NCBI RefSeq assembly: GCF_006345805.1 | Contig: NC_043015.1 | Span: 29,202,001 to 29,266,000 of the forward strand | Direction: 5' to 3' | DNA length: 64,000 nt | Origin: Octopus sinensis | Taxonomy: Eukaryota | In this document: in pieces, positions 63,087 through 64,000 of the stretch | Layout: each line of letters begins with the position of its first letter | Numbering within the stretch: the first letter of the stretch is position 1 | The notes under the pieces: model-generated | Seen by the model: only the letters and a program-made list of their open reading frames with translations | Databases searched by the model: none | Told to the model about the DNA's origin: nothing | Made by a program: the position numbers and the translations under genes

Positions 63087-63160
63087 AATGTCCTGATGAT
63101 AATGATATATAATGTCCAACCTATAAGGGTGTGTATCAATTGGATGATGTCAAAAGATAT

Positions 63161-63588
63161 TACTCTTTACTCTTTACTCTTTTACTTGTTCCAGTCATTT
63201 GATTGCGGCCATGCTGGAGCACCGCTTTTAGTCGAGCAACTCGACCCCGGGACATATTCTTTGTAAGCCCAGGACTTATTCTATCGGTCGCTTTTGCCGA
63301 ACCACTAAGTTACGGGGACATAAACACACCAGCATCGGTTGTCAAGCAATGCTAGGGGCACAAACACACACACAAACATACACACACATACACACACATA
63401 TATATATACATATACATACATATATACGACGGGCTTCTTTCAGTTTCCGTCTACCAAATCCACTCACAAGGCTTTGGTCGGCCCGGGGCTATAGTGGAAG
63501 ACACTTGCCCAAGGTGCCACGCAGTGGGACTGAACCCAGAACCATGTGGTTGGTAAGCAAGCTACTTACCACACAGCCACTTCTACGC

Positions 63589-63619
<31 letters not shown>

Positions 63620-64000
63620 GTTTCAGTTACTAGACTGTGGCCATGCTGGAGCACAGCCTTGAAGAATTTTTAGTCGAATGAATCAACCCTAGTACTTATG
63701 TTATTTTTGGTACTTATTCTATTGGGTTTCTTTTGCCAAACAGCTAGATTATGGGGATGTAAACACACCAACACCGATTGTCAAGCAGTGGTGAGAAACA
63801 AACAAAGAAACACACACACACACACATACACTCACACGCATACATACACAAATATATGACAGGCTTCTTTCAGTTTCCATCTACCAAATCCACTCACAAA
63901 GCTTTGGTTGGCCTGAGGCTATAGTAGAAGACACTTGCCCAAGGTGCCTCTCAGTGGGACTGAACCCAGAACTGCATGGTTGGGAAAGCAAGCTTCTTAA
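63161..64000 (-). mobile_element. Two tandem SINE-A copies (63161-63590 and older 63620-window end)
   Basis: Family matches. Confidence 0.88.

Overview
AT-rich eukaryotic DNA dominated by interspersed repeats and microsatellites. The SINE repertoire looks like a coleoid cephalopod, most likely an octopus (from pattern recognition, no database search). No complete protein-coding gene, rRNA, tRNA gene or CRISPR array can be supported, and nearly all ORF-track entries are microsatellite or SINE translations. Recognisable content: about 25 copies of a ~420 bp tRNA-headed SINE (family A), a (GAT)n-tailed SINE-like family (B), Nin-domain-type SINEs (D), two other tRNA SINEs (E, F), CR1/L2 and RTE LINE 3' fragments, a Penelope-like RT fragment, mariner and hAT transposase relics, Helentron/HINE-like elements, a probable LTR fragment and several local tandem duplications. 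A few short candidate exons and microexons exist on both strands, but host gene identity and strand are unresolved. The most notable signal is a ~190 bp repeat (4 copies, each abutting a TA microsatellite) that carries a minimal type-I hammerhead-ribozyme-like fold with a non-canonical core. A second, different hammerhead-like element and a Penelope RT relic are also present. All coordinates and copy counts were read by hand.
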